Positions 1 to 9,740 of a DNA stretch of 64,000 nt are shown one piece after another. Position numbers and translations under genes: made by a program. Numbering within the stretch: position 1 is the first letter of the stretch; each line of letters begins with the position of its first letter. A model generated the notes under the pieces. That model was not told the origin of the DNA. It did not search any database and was given only the letters and a program-made list of their open reading frames with translations. The DNA lies in IMG/VR virus record IMGVR_UViG_3300021400_000949, positions 15,880-79,879 of that record; one strand, 5' to 3'. The stretch is from a virus. Its lineage: Duplodnaviria; Caudoviricetes.

Positions 1-549
1 CATCTCCAAGATATTTTGGCAAATGGCGGTGAAGGTATGGTTATAACAAGAAAGGAATCTTTATATCAGCCGGGTAAACGCCCATCAAAGGATTGCCAAA
101 AGGTTAAAAAGGAACTCCAGGAAACAATTGATTGCTTCTTCACTGGCAAATTTATGGCGCCGAGCCGTATTTATACAGGAAAAGAATTGGAAAAATGGAC
201 ATATTGGTGTGACGATGTAACCGATGAACGCAAACTTGGTGAACATTATAAAGAATATGCAGAGGGCGCGCCTATAGTCCCTGTAACTAAGCCTTATTTC
301 TATAATTGGGCGGGAAGCCTTGAAATTGGTGTATTAAAGGACGGAGAAGTTTACCCTATTGGATATTTAAGTGGTTTAACTGAAGAAATAAAGGCTAATC
401 CAAAAGCATATGCAGGGAAAGCTATTGAAGTAACTGCAATGGAAATAATGAATACAGAAAACAAGGGTTTAAGGCATGCAAAAATGTTAAACTTTAGACC
501 TGACCTTACATATAAGGATTGCACTTGGGAGAAGTTAGGAATTGAATAA
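1..549 (+). CDS. ATP-dependent DNA ligase, C-terminal part (5' truncated by window)
   Basis: Frame open from base 1; EGMVI (motif IV), YQPGKR and KVKK (motif V), followed by an OB-fold-like tail; TAA stop. Confidence 0.75.
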   Translation, partial: HLQDILANGGEGMVITRKESLYQPGKRPSKDCQKVKKELQETIDCFFTGKFMAPSRIYTGKELEKWTYWCDDVTDERKLGEHYKEYAEGAPIVPVTKPYFYNWAGSLEIGVLKDGEVYPIGYLSGLTEEIKANPKAYAGKAIEVTAMEIMNTENKGLRHAKMLNFRPDLTYKDCTWEKLGIE

Positions 550-937
550 TACATCTATTGGTGAAGGTCACATCATAGAAATATTACAAAAAGAAAAAAT
601 CAAATTTGAACGAGAAAAAACCTATAAAGACTTACAACATGGTCTTTATAGGTATGATTTTTTTATCCCAGATTTAAATATTCTAATTGAATATGATGGA
701 GAGCAACACTTTAAATTTGTAAAAAAGTTTTATAAAAAGCGTTCTGAATTTTTAAAGGCACAAGAACATGATAGACGAAAAAATTCTTACGCCCTCGCGC
801 ATAAGATAAATCTTTATCGAATTCCTTATTGGGAATTAGAAAATATAAAAACCTTTCAAGATTTAATACAAAAACGTTTTTTAGTAAATACAAAATGGTG
901 GAATGATAATCTAAAAAATAAAGCGAACTTTAGATAA
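542..937 (+). CDS. DUF559/Vsr-like PD-(D/E)xK endonuclease
   Basis: YRYDFFIPDLNILIEYDGEQHF ... DRRKNSYA ... LYRIPY pattern. Confidence 0.7.
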   Translation: MNNTSIGEGHIIEILQKEKIKFEREKTYKDLQHGLYRYDFFIPDLNILIEYDGEQHFKFVKKFYKKRSEFLKAQEHDRRKNSYALAHKINLYRIPYWELENIKTFQDLIQKRFLVNTKWWNDNLKNKANFR

Positions 938-977
938 CCTCACTTTTATTCGTAAGATAGAAAGGAGGTAAGTACCG

Positions 978-1436
978 ATGAACCTAATAAGAGATATAGC
1001 TGCTATAATTGGTTGTATTTCTGCTTTCTTGGCACTGGTAGCTACTTTTTCTGAAAAGGGACAGGTCGCCATTAGAAAGATTTTTACAAAGCACACCTAG
1101 CAGATTATAGATACGGACAATAAGCAAAACGAAGAAATTAAAGAAATTAAGGATTTGTTAGTTAATTTTATTAATACTACAAAAGAATAGAATGATAAAA
1201 TTGACGCAAAGCTTGAATCAATAAGCGAAGGCTCTAAGGACATGCTTAGACAAAGAATTATGAGTTATTATTATAAAGGAAAACAATATCGCGAACTTTC
1301 AATTTATCAAAAAGAAGCGGTAGATGAACTTTATAAAGACTATAAAAAGTTAGGTGGAAATAATTATATTGATAAATACTACGCGCGAATGAGTGAATGG
1401 AATGTTCACTATGCGGAAGAATTAATGGATGATTAA
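978..1436 (+). CDS. Holin-like / lysis-associated membrane protein (2 in-frame TAG read as Gln)
   Basis: SD AAGGAGG; N-terminal hydrophobic helix IAAIIGCISAFLALVATF; coiled coil; C-terminal LRQRIMSYY..YKKLGGNNYI motif typical of Firmicutes phage holin-like proteins. Confidence 0.6.
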
Positions 1437-1445
1437 AATTTTTAT

Positions 1446-1479
1446 GAGAGAAGTCAGAATTTGATTTCTCTCTTTTTTT
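1446..1479 (+). terminator. Intrinsic terminator overlapping the next -35 box
   Basis: GAGAGAAGTCA-gaatt-TGATTTCTCTC followed by T7. Confidence 0.7.
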
Positions 1480-1489
1480 ATGGTATAAT
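1461..1489 (+). promoter_or_regulatory. Sigma70/A-type promoter
   Basis: TTGATT-17nt-TATAAT with extended TGn. Confidence 0.7.
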
Positions 1490-1521
1490 TAAAAAAAAGA
1501 AAATGGAGAATTATAAATATT

Positions 1522-2529
1522 ATGATTTATATAATATGTATATTATCTATTATATTAATATTTTTATTAATATAGAATAAAGTATAGAGAAATAATTTAA
1601 ATAAATAGAATTAGCTAATAGAAAATGAATATAAAAAGTTAAAACAAGAAAAAAAAGATTAGTTAACTAGCGAATTAAATGATTTAATTACTAAAAATAA
1701 AGAGCTACTAAATAAAGTTAATGAATTAGAATATTCTTGTAATTTAATTTAGCGAGATATAGATTAGAAAAAAGAATTTAATAATTCACTTTTAAAGATA
1801 AGGGAAGATGAGCTTAATACTTTAATGAAAGCTAAAGAAAATACGGCGCGTCTTCATGTTAAAGAGAATGTTGAAAAATATTATCAGCAACAAAAAGAAA
1901 AGATAAATAAAGCTATAACCGAAGCCGAAGAAGATTATTAGCTTAAAAAATAGGAATTGGAACAATAGCTTGGAGATTTACTTGTTTAGGTTTACAACTT
2001 TAAGGCGCAACGTGATAGTATAAATGAAGAATTAATGCGCCAACGTCAAATAGAGGAAGATAAGGCCTTTTATAAAATGAATATTAGTGATTTAGATAAA
2101 AAGGATATAGAAATACTTAAAAATGCAAGTTTACATTTATCTAAGCCTGATGCTGTTAATAAGATAATTTGGACTGGTTATTATCAAAAACCTCTTGCTG
2201 ATTTAAGAAAAAGATTACTCCCAAAAGGAGATATTAGCGGTGTATATAAGATAACTAGGTTAAAAACGGGAGAAATTTATATAGGACAAACCGTATCAAT
2301 AGATAAAAGATGGCAAGATCATGTAAAATCTGCTATTGGGGTAGGTACATTAGCATCAAGTCAACTGCATAGAGTAATGGCAGAAGATGGTCCTGAAAAT
2401 TTTACTTTTGAAATATTAGAAGAAACACCAAAAGAAAAGCTAAGAGAAAGAGAATCGTTTTATATAGATTTTTATGATAGTAAAAATTATGGGTTAAATA
2501 GTGTTAGAGGGGATAGAAATGACGATTAA
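1522..2529 (+). CDS. Membrane-anchored coiled-coil protein with C-terminal GIY-YIG nuclease (11 TAG read as Gln)
   Basis: With TAG=Gln the frame is open from MIYIICILSIILIFLLIQ (TM helix) through K/E/Q-rich coil to GVYKITRLKTGEIYIGQT...RW..H...LRERESFYI..YGLN. Confidence 0.8.
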
Positions 2530-3583
2530 TGATATATAGAGACAAATAATTACTACTGCCGCGCCCCATGTTTTGGTACCAAGTGCTGCCGCATCTGGAA
2601 AAAGCGAGACATTAGTAAATAGAATTAAATATTTATTAAGTTAGGGAATTGACCCATATAAAATAGTGGCTATTACTTTTACCAATAACGCTGCTTCGGT
2701 AATGTATGAAAGAATAGGGCGGCCGGATGGTCTGTTTATTGGAACAGTTCATTCTTATTGTAATTATCTTTTACGTAGTGGATCAATTGATACATCAAAA
2801 ATTTTAGATAACGAACAATTTGACGATTTGTTTCCTTTAATATAGGAAAACCCACAATGTATTAAAGAGGTTGATTATTTATTAGTAGATGAAGCACAGG
2901 ACTCAACAAAAGAATAGTTTGAATTCTTTGAATTAATAAAGCCAAAGAATTACATGTATTTTTATGATTTGCGGCAAAGCATTTATGGATTTGCAGGGGC
3001 TTATCCAGAGTATTTATTAAAAAAAGAAGAAGAATTAAATGTTACTGTTTATGAAATGAATCGAAATTATCGTAACTTTCCAACTATTTTAAAATTTGCA
3101 AAAAAGTTTTTGTGGCGGCTTGGGTATAAGTATGAAGATAATTCAATACCTATGCGGCAACCCGATTTTACCTCTCCTGTAATATAGATAGAAGTATTAC
3201 CTTCATAGTTGGTAGACTTAATAAAACGTTATGAACCTAATCAACAATGGAAAGATTGGTTTATTTTATGCCGTACAAATGCAGATGTAACAATTTTTCA
3301 GACTATATTAAACAAGGTTGAAATACCAAATGATACCTTTAAACAGGCTGATTTAACAAATTCTCAAATTTAGGGAAAGTTGAAAGAGAATACTATTAAA
3401 GTGTTGACAGTTCATTCAAGTAAGGGGTTAGAAAATAAAAAAGTTGCGGTCTATAATTTACTTGCATATAATGATGAAGAGGCGCGCTTATGCTACGTTG
3501 CGGCAACTAGAGCGATGGATTAGTTAATCTGGGCAAAAACTCCTTCAAAAAAACGCAAGAAAAAAGTAGAAAACTGGGAATAA
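2519..3583 (+). CDS. Compact UvrD/Rep-like SF1A helicase (8 TAG read as Gln)
   Basis: [72 protein letters not shown] in one frame; 354 aa. Confidence 0.9.
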
Positions 3584-3605
3584 GAAGGGTAAAACCTTCT
3601 TTTTT
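3583..3605 (+). terminator. Intrinsic terminator
   Basis: AGAAGG-gtaaaa-CCTTCT followed by T run. Confidence 0.6.
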
Positions 3606-3625
3606 CATTTTAGAGAATTTTAAAT

Positions 3626-3654
3626 TTGCAATTTTTATAAATTTTTAGTATAAT
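3626..3654 (+). promoter_or_regulatory. Sigma70/A-type promoter
   Basis: TTGCAA-17nt-TATAAT. Confidence 0.7.
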
Positions 3655-3685
3655 ATAATTAAGAATGGAAGAAAGGTGAAAAATA

Positions 3686-4207
3686 ATGAGTAATGAATAT
3701 AAAGATTGGGAAAATGACTTAAAGAACGCACAAGAGGGTACCCCGGATTATAATAGATGGCTTTGTATAGAATATCCTTTTCTTATACCTAGAAATCGTT
3801 TTACAGATAAAGAGATAGAAAATTATGACTATACTTGGACCGAATTAGATGCTATGCCTAGTGGTTGGAAAAAAACTTTTGGCATACAAATGTGTGAAGA
3901 GATAGCTAAAGTATTGAAAAAAGCTGATTATCTTTATGATTATAGAATAACTCAGATAAAAGAAAAATGGGGAGAGCTTTGTTGGTATGATAAAGGTGCT
4001 CCTAAAATAATCTATGATGAGCTTTGCAATATTATAGAGAAATATCAAGATTTATCACGAACAATTTGTTGTGTATGTGGCGCGCCCGCGGAATATGTTA
4101 CAATGAACTGGATCGGGTATTATTGCGATGAACATTCTAAAAACAATAGAAGCCGTGTGACTATAAAAAGATATGAGGAGATGTTAAATGAATTATACTA
4201 TAGATGA
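3686..4207 (+). CDS. Hypothetical phage protein with C-terminal Zn ribbon
   Basis: 173 aa, SD present, IKEKWG motif and CCVCG...YYCDEH. Confidence 0.65.
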   Translation: MSNEYKDWENDLKNAQEGTPDYNRWLCIEYPFLIPRNRFTDKEIENYDYTWTELDAMPSGWKKTFGIQMCEEIAKVLKKADYLYDYRITQIKEKWGELCWYDKGAPKIIYDELCNIIEKYQDLSRTICCVCGAPAEYVTMNWIGYYCDEHSKNNRSRVTIKRYEEMLNELYYR

Positions 4208-4271
4208 TATACTGGTCTAAAAATATGTATTATCCATTTAGTCCGGTTACTTATTAATAGAGGTGATAAAA

Positions 4272-5015
4272 ATGGGATTAAAAAATGAATTAGGAAATAC
4301 ATATGGATATTTAACAGTAATCGCTAGAGCAGAAAATACAAAAGAAGGTCGTGCTCAATGGTTATGTAAATGTAAATGTGGAAATGAAGTAGTAGTTTTA
4401 GGCAAGCATTTACGTTCTGGTAATACTAAATCTTGTGGGTGCTATTAGAAAGAACGAGCTATAGAATCAAATTTACAACGTGGCGGTAATTTAATTGGAA
4501 AAAGATTTGGTAGATTAGTTGTTTTATACGAAAATGGTTTTATAAATAAATCAGATGGAAGACGCGCAAGATTATGGCATTGTAAATGTGATTGTGGAAA
4601 TGAGTGTGATGTTTAGCACCAATATTTACAATGTGGTGATACTAACTCTTGTGGATGTATTAATTCAATAGGAAATATGACGATAAATCGTTTATTAAAC
4701 AAAGCGGGGATTAAGTATGAAAGTGAATATAGTTTTAAAGATTTTATCTGTATAACTTATCCATACTAGTTTGATTTTGCTTTATTTGATAAAGAAGATA
4801 ACTTATTAGGATTAATTGAATATCAAGGAGATATACATTTTACCTATAAAGAATATGGTTGGAACACAAAAGATAAATTTGAAGAACGAGTAAGAAGAGA
4901 TAAGGAAAAATTTGATTTTTGTTAGAAAAATAATATAAAATTATATTATATTACTTATAAAGATGATATTGAAGAAAAAATAAAGGAGATATTAAATGAA
5001 TTATACGGCAAATGA
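4272..5015 (+). CDS. Free-standing (homing-type) endonuclease: two Cys-rich repeats plus DUF559-like nuclease domain (4 TAG read as Gln)
   Basis: Repeats G..(Y/F)G.L.V...W.CKC.CGN...SCGC; SCGCY-TAG-KER; C-terminal FDFALF..LIEYQGDIHF; overlaps gyrB start; alternative GTG start at 4263. Confidence 0.75.
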
Positions 5016-6849
5016 TATAATTAGTTTAAGTGCAGGCCGCGCTTTTAGAGAAAAAATAGGTATGTATCTTTCTGCCGATAAACAAGAGGCAATTAACTTA
5101 GGTTTAAGAGAATTAATTGTAAATGTACAAGATGAATATGAAGTTTATAAGCCAGCCAATCCATTTTTAAAAATAACTCTTTCGACAAAGACAAGAGAAA
5201 TTATAGTTAGCGATAATATGAGGGGTATACCAGTAGGAATAAGAGATGATGGACAAAATTCTTTGACTGCCGCCTTCTTAATACCACACTCTGGAGGAAA
5301 ACATACGGAGGGGGTATATTCTAGCGCTGTTGGTATTAATGGAGAAGGAAATAAAATTGTTTGTCACACTGCAGAGTTTTTAATTGTATCTGTTAAACGT
5401 GATGGTAAAATTTATACTCAACGTTTTGAATCTAACGAAGAGGGAGCAACTCCAACGACAGAAGTTATGGAGGTTCCTTATGATGGTAAAGATACCGGTA
5501 CTACAATTGTTTATAAACCAGATCCTCGTGTTTATGGAGATATTTTTATTGATATTGAAAGTTTAAGGTCAATGTTAAAAGAAATGTCAATGTTTTCTAC
5601 TGGGTTACATATTTATTTATATATAGATGGGGAAAAAGAAGAATTTTTTTCAAAGAGTGGACTAATTGATGGTCTTTTAAAGGAAAATCGTCTTTCAAAG
5701 CCATTTTCTTATAGTTATGAAACAAATGATTGTAAAGTTGAATTGGCTCTCCAATGGGTAAGTAAAAAAGGACAAATTCGTGGTTATGCAAATAATTTAT
5801 ATATGCCAGATGGAGGAGCCTTTATTAGTGGTTTCAAATCTTCATTAACAAGAACCTTTAATTCTCTTGCTAAAACAAAATATGATGGAGATACAATTCG
5901 AGATGTGCTTGATGGATTCGTAAGCGTTAAAGTTAAAATGGGGCAATTTACAAATCAGCAGAAAACAGCTTTAGCAAACCCCGAAGCACGAACTGCAACT
6001 TCTACTGCGATAAGTGATTGTTTAAAAGAATTTGCTTTAAAAAGAAAAGATGATTTTAATCAAGTAGTTGAATTACTTAACAAAGTGGCTCGCGCCGAAG
6101 CTGCGGCAGAAAAAGCACGTCAGCAAGTAATGAGCGCCACAAAAGAAGTTGAGAAAAATCAAAAGAAAAAAGTTTTTGCATCTGATAAACTTAAGGATGC
6201 AGAATTTCTTGGACAAAATTCAACCTTACTTTTAGTTGAGGGTAATAGTGCGGCTTCATCAATAGCAATGGCAAGAGATGAGAAGAGTTATGGAATTTTA
6301 GCACTTAGAGGAAAAATGATTAATACCTTTTCTAATGATGATGAAAAGATTTATCAAAATGAAGAAATTAAATTATTCCTCAGTGCTATGAATATAATAC
6401 CGGGCAAATATAATGCTTCAAAATTGCGTTATGGAAAGATAGGTATATGTACCGATGCTGACGCAGATGGATATGCAATTGGTCTTTTGATAATGTGTGC
6501 TGTATATAAGTTTGCTCCCGAATTTATTGAAGAAGGTCGTCTTTATTGGTTAAGGTCTCCACTTTATATTGTTAAGAATAAAAAAGAAGAATCTTATTAC
6601 TTTACAGATGAAGAATTTGAAAAAGTTAGAAAAAATATAAAGGGAGAAGTTGAACGTGCAAAAGGACTCGGCGCGCTCTCGGCAGAACAAGCGCACAGGT
6701 CAATGTTTATGCCTGAATTCCAGCGTATGGACCAACTTTTGCCGGATAAAGACACAATTGATTTACTTTGGGACTTGATGGGTAAAGATAGTGAACCAAA
6801 ACGTGACTTTATATTTAAACACGTCGATTTCTCGGAGATAAGAGAATAA
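4996..6849 (+). CDS. gyrB: Type IIA topoisomerase subunit B (gyrase B-like)
   Basis: GHKL motifs (LRELIVN, DNMRGIP, GINGEG), Toprim VEGNSA, ALRGK, TDADADG, RAKGLG; no TAG. Confidence 0.93.
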   Translation: MNYTANDIISLSAGRAFREKIGMYLSADKQEAINLGLRELIVNVQDEYEVYKPANPFLKITLSTKTREIIVSDNMRGIPVGIRDDGQNSLTAAFLIPHSGGKHTEGVYSSAVGINGEGNKIVCHTAEFLIVSVKRDGKIYTQRFESNEEGATPTTEVMEVPYDGKDTGTTIVYKPDPRVYGDIFIDIESLRSMLKEMSMFSTGLHIYLYIDGEKEEFFSKSGLIDGLLKENRLSKPFSYSYETNDCKVELALQWVSKKGQIRGYANNLYMPDGGAFISGFKSSLTRTFNSLAKTKYDGDTIRDVLDGFVSVKVKMGQFTNQQKTALANPEARTATSTAISDCLKEFALKRKDDFNQVVELLNKVARAEAAAEKARQQVMSATKEVEKNQKKKVFASDKLKDAEFLGQNSTLLLVEGNSAASSIAMARDEKSYGILALRGKMINTFSNDDEKIYQNEEIKLFLSAMNIIPGKYNASKLRYGKIGICTDADADGYAIGLLIMCAVYKFAPEFIEEGRLYWLRSPLYIVKNKKEESYYFTDEEFEKVRKNIKGEVERAKGLGALSAEQAHRSMFMPEFQRMDQLLPDKDTIDLLWDLMGKDSEPKRDFIFKHVDFSEIRE

Positions 6850-6853
6850 AAAG

Positions 6854-6882
6854 TTGAACTTATTATAAAATTCTGATATAAT
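6854..6882 (+). promoter_or_regulatory. Sigma70/A-type promoter
   Basis: TTGAAC-17nt-TATAAT, extended TGn. Confidence 0.65.
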
Positions 6883-6921
6883 TATAATATAAAGATAGAA
6901 AGGAGAAAATAAAGGCAATAA

Positions 6922-9264
6922 ATGAGTAACTTAACACAAGTAATAAATGATAGCTTTATCCAATTTAGTGGTGCGGTTCTACAGAGCCGCGCCCTAGTCG
7001 ATGTGCGTGATTGTATTAAGCCTTCTGCTCGTCAAATTTTTTACTGTATGTATACAGATAAATTTGTCCATTCTAAGCCTTTTCAAAAGACATTAAAAGC
7101 TATTGGTTCAGCTTTTCGTCTTTACATTCATGGAGATTCATCTGCTGAAGGAGTAATTATGAGGTCTGCGCAACCATTTGCAATGCGTTATCCACTTGTG
7201 GAAGTTGAAGGTTCCTATGGAACTCTTTTGGCTTCTGGAAGTTGGGCGGCACCTCGTTATACAAGTTCAAGATTATCTCCTTTGGCTGAATATTTATTTG
7301 CAGATTTAAAAAAGGATACAATTAGTGAGTGGCGTGATAACTATGATAATACTGAACAGTACCCCGCCGTATTACCATCAAAGGGTTTTTATAACCTGGT
7401 AAATGGAACCTATGGAATAGGTGTTGGCGCGAGCTCTTCAATTCCGCAGTACAACTTAAAAGAGTTAAATAAAGCATTAGAAGTTTTATTGTTAAATCCT
7501 GATGCTGAATTTGATGATATTTATGTAGCTCCTGATTTTGCGACCGGCGCAACCATTATAAATGGTGAGCAAGTTAAAGAGTCACATAAAAATGGTACGG
7601 GTTTTGCTTGTAAGATTAGATCCTCTGTTGAGTGGGATGCAAAGGATAGATGCTTTATCGTAACTGAAATCCCCTATATGCTTTATACAGAAACTATTTG
7701 TAGAGAGCTTGAAGAGATAATTAATAGTGAAAATAATTTTGGAATTGATAGATTTAATGATTTAACTGGTAAAACACCGTTAATTAAAATCTATCTACAG
7801 AAAAACGCTAATCCAGATAAAGTACTTAAGCAGTTATTTAGTAAAACTTCTCTTGAATCTTATTATGGAATTAACTTCACAATGTTGGACAATGGGCGCT
7901 TTCCAAGAGTGTTTACATGGAAAGAAATGCTACAAGCACACATTGACCATGAAAAGATCGTATATAGACGTGGATTTGAATATGACCTTAAAAAGATAGA
8001 GGATAGGCTGCACATTATAGAAGGTCTGCTAAAGGCTTATGATGTAATTGATGAAGTTGTTCAGACAATAAAACGCGCGGCTTCATCTGTTGAAGCAAAT
8101 AAGGCATTAAGAGAGCTTTTAAGTATTGATGATGTACAGGCAAAAGCCATTCTTGCTTTAAAGTTATCTAGTCTTAGTAAAATAGATATAAATAAATTAG
8201 TAAATGAGCAGAATGAACTTATAGGGCGCGCTTCGGAAATTCATAAGATTTTAGAAGATAAGGATTTGTTTAATGAACAGATAATACGTGGATGGCGCGA
8301 AGTTGCAGAAAAATTTGGTGACGAACGCCGCACAAAAATTTTAAATCTTGGTGGTGAAGAAGAAGAGCCAACAGAGATAAAAAAACTTCAAATATCTTTA
8401 ACAAATCTAGGAAATCTTTATGCGGTTGAATCTTCAACTCTTTATACACAAAAGAGAGGTGGAGTTGGTACAAAGGCTAAGCTCGCGCAGAATGAGTATG
8501 TCGTAAATAGTATTAGTGTTAATTCAAATGACAAGATCTTATTCTTTATGACAACCGGTAATTATTACCATTGTAAAGCATCTGATATAACACTTGAGAC
8601 AAAAACTCCGGTCTGTACTTTAATAGGATTAAAAGACTGGGAAGCAACGCGCGCAATAATAGGATTAAATAAAGAAAATACTAAGGAATATGTTATCTTT
8701 ATAACACGAAAAGGAATTATCAAAAAATCTCTTCTTTCAGAATATAACACAAATCGTGCAATCGGAATGCGAGCTTTAGCACTTGATGATGGTGATGAAT
8801 TAGTTGATGTGTTATTTGCTAATGAAGAAAAAATAGGTATAATGACCGAAGATGGTAACTTCTTAATAACAGAAACAAAAGATATTCGTCCAATAGGACG
8901 TGTTGCACGTGGAATAAAAGTAATAAAACTTAACGAAGGAGACGTTGTAGCGGCTGCGCGCCTTATATATCCGAATGCAAAAGAAATTATTTCTGTAAGT
9001 GGAAATGGATATATAAAATCAACTGATATAAAAGAATTTTCAATACAAGGTAAAAATACAAAAGGAAGTCGCATTCAAAAACTTTATGATAGTGATTGGA
9101 TGTCAGATTTCTTACCGGTAGATGACTTAAAAGAAATACTGGTAAGCGCCACTAAATCTTGTATAAAATTCAAAAAGGATGAAATACCTATTGTGTCAAA
9201 AGGCGCATACGGTACACGCTCTATAAAAATTTCAGAAAAAGATAATATAATTGCTTTAAATTAA
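6922..9264 (+). CDS. gyrA: Type IIA topoisomerase subunit A (gyrase A-like, with beta-pinwheel CTD)
   Basis: RALVDVRDCIKP, HGDSS, catalytic AAPRYT, GyrA-box-like QKRGGVG, six blade repeats (RAIGMRAL, RVARGIKVI, KNTKGSRI, KGAYGTRSI). Confidence 0.93.
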   Translation: MSNLTQVINDSFIQFSGAVLQSRALVDVRDCIKPSARQIFYCMYTDKFVHSKPFQKTLKAIGSAFRLYIHGDSSAEGVIMRSAQPFAMRYPLVEVEGSYGTLLASGSWAAPRYTSSRLSPLAEYLFADLKKDTISEWRDNYDNTEQYPAVLPSKGFYNLVNGTYGIGVGASSSIPQYNLKELNKALEVLLLNPDAEFDDIYVAPDFATGATIINGEQVKESHKNGTGFACKIRSSVEWDAKDRCFIVTEIPYMLYTETICRELEEIINSENNFGIDRFNDLTGKTPLIKIYLQKNANPDKVLKQLFSKTSLESYYGINFTMLDNGRFPRVFTWKEMLQAHIDHEKIVYRRGFEYDLKKIEDRLHIIEGLLKAYDVIDEVVQTIKRAASSVEANKALRELLSIDDVQAKAILALKLSSLSKIDINKLVNEQNELIGRASEIHKILEDKDLFNEQIIRGWREVAEKFGDERRTKILNLGGEEEEPTEIKKLQISLTNLGNLYAVESSTLYTQKRGGVGTKAKLAQNEYVVNSISVNSNDKILFFMTTGNYYHCKASDITLETKTPVCTLIGLKDWEATRAIIGLNKENTKEYVIFITRKGIIKKSLLSEYNTNRAIGMRALALDDGDELVDVLFANEEKIGIMTEDGNFLITETKDIRPIGRVARGIKVIKLNEGDVVAAARLIYPNAKEIISVSGNGYIKSTDIKEFSIQGKNTKGSRIQKLYDSDWMSDFLPVDDLKEILVSATKSCIKFKKDEIPIVSKGAYGTRSIKISEKDNIIALN

Positions 9265-9284
9265 AATTTTTAAGAAGTTAAATT

Positions 9285-9313
9285 TTGACTTTTACTTAAA
9301 AATTTTATATAAT
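9285..9313 (+). promoter_or_regulatory. Sigma70/A-type promoter
   Basis: TTGACT-17nt-TATAAT. Confidence 0.75.
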
Positions 9314-9410
9314 ATATATAGAAGTTAAGGGAAAACACCTTAAAGTGCCATTAACCGAAAAAATAAGATAATGGCAAGAAAAAAAATTAAATTTATAGGA
9401 GAACAAAATT

Positions 9411-9659
9411 ATGAAGCTGACAGAAAAGTCAAATGAAGTATTCGAGTATGTAAAGGGTAATGGCGGACACGTAAGTGTTGAAGAGATTTGCGCAGCAACA
9501 GGTAGAGCTGCTAGGTCAATAAGCGCAAACATCAATGACCTCGTTAAGAAGGGCCTTGCTGAAAGAGAGAAGATAGAGGTTGAGGGAGAAGAGAAGCCTA
9601 TTACTTATGTTAATCTGACAGAAGAGGGAAAGACTTTTGTTCCTTCTGATGAGGACTAA
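9411..9659 (+). CDS. Small winged-helix DNA-binding protein
   Basis: VSVEEICAATG..ARSISANINDLVKKGL.ER...YVNLTEEG (MarR-like wHTH). Confidence 0.7.
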   Translation: MKLTEKSNEVFEYVKGNGGHVSVEEICAATGRAARSISANINDLVKKGLAEREKIEVEGEEKPITYVNLTEEGKTFVPSDED

Positions 9660-9671
9660 TTTTAAGTTTAA

Positions 9672-9706
9672 CGAACTTAGTACGATAAGTACTAAGTTCG
9701 AATTTT
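9672..9706 (+). terminator. 12-bp perfect hairpin, terminator/attenuator or operator
   Basis: CGAACTTAGTAC-gataa-GTACTAAGTTCG followed by AATTTT. Confidence 0.5.
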
Positions 9707-9740
9707 AAAAGAACCAAGATATAGAAAGAGAGGTATTTAA

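Noticed and set aside
9672-9706. tRNA fragment (GTTCGAA resembles a T loop)
   Set aside because: It is one arm of a simple inverted repeat with no cloverleaf.
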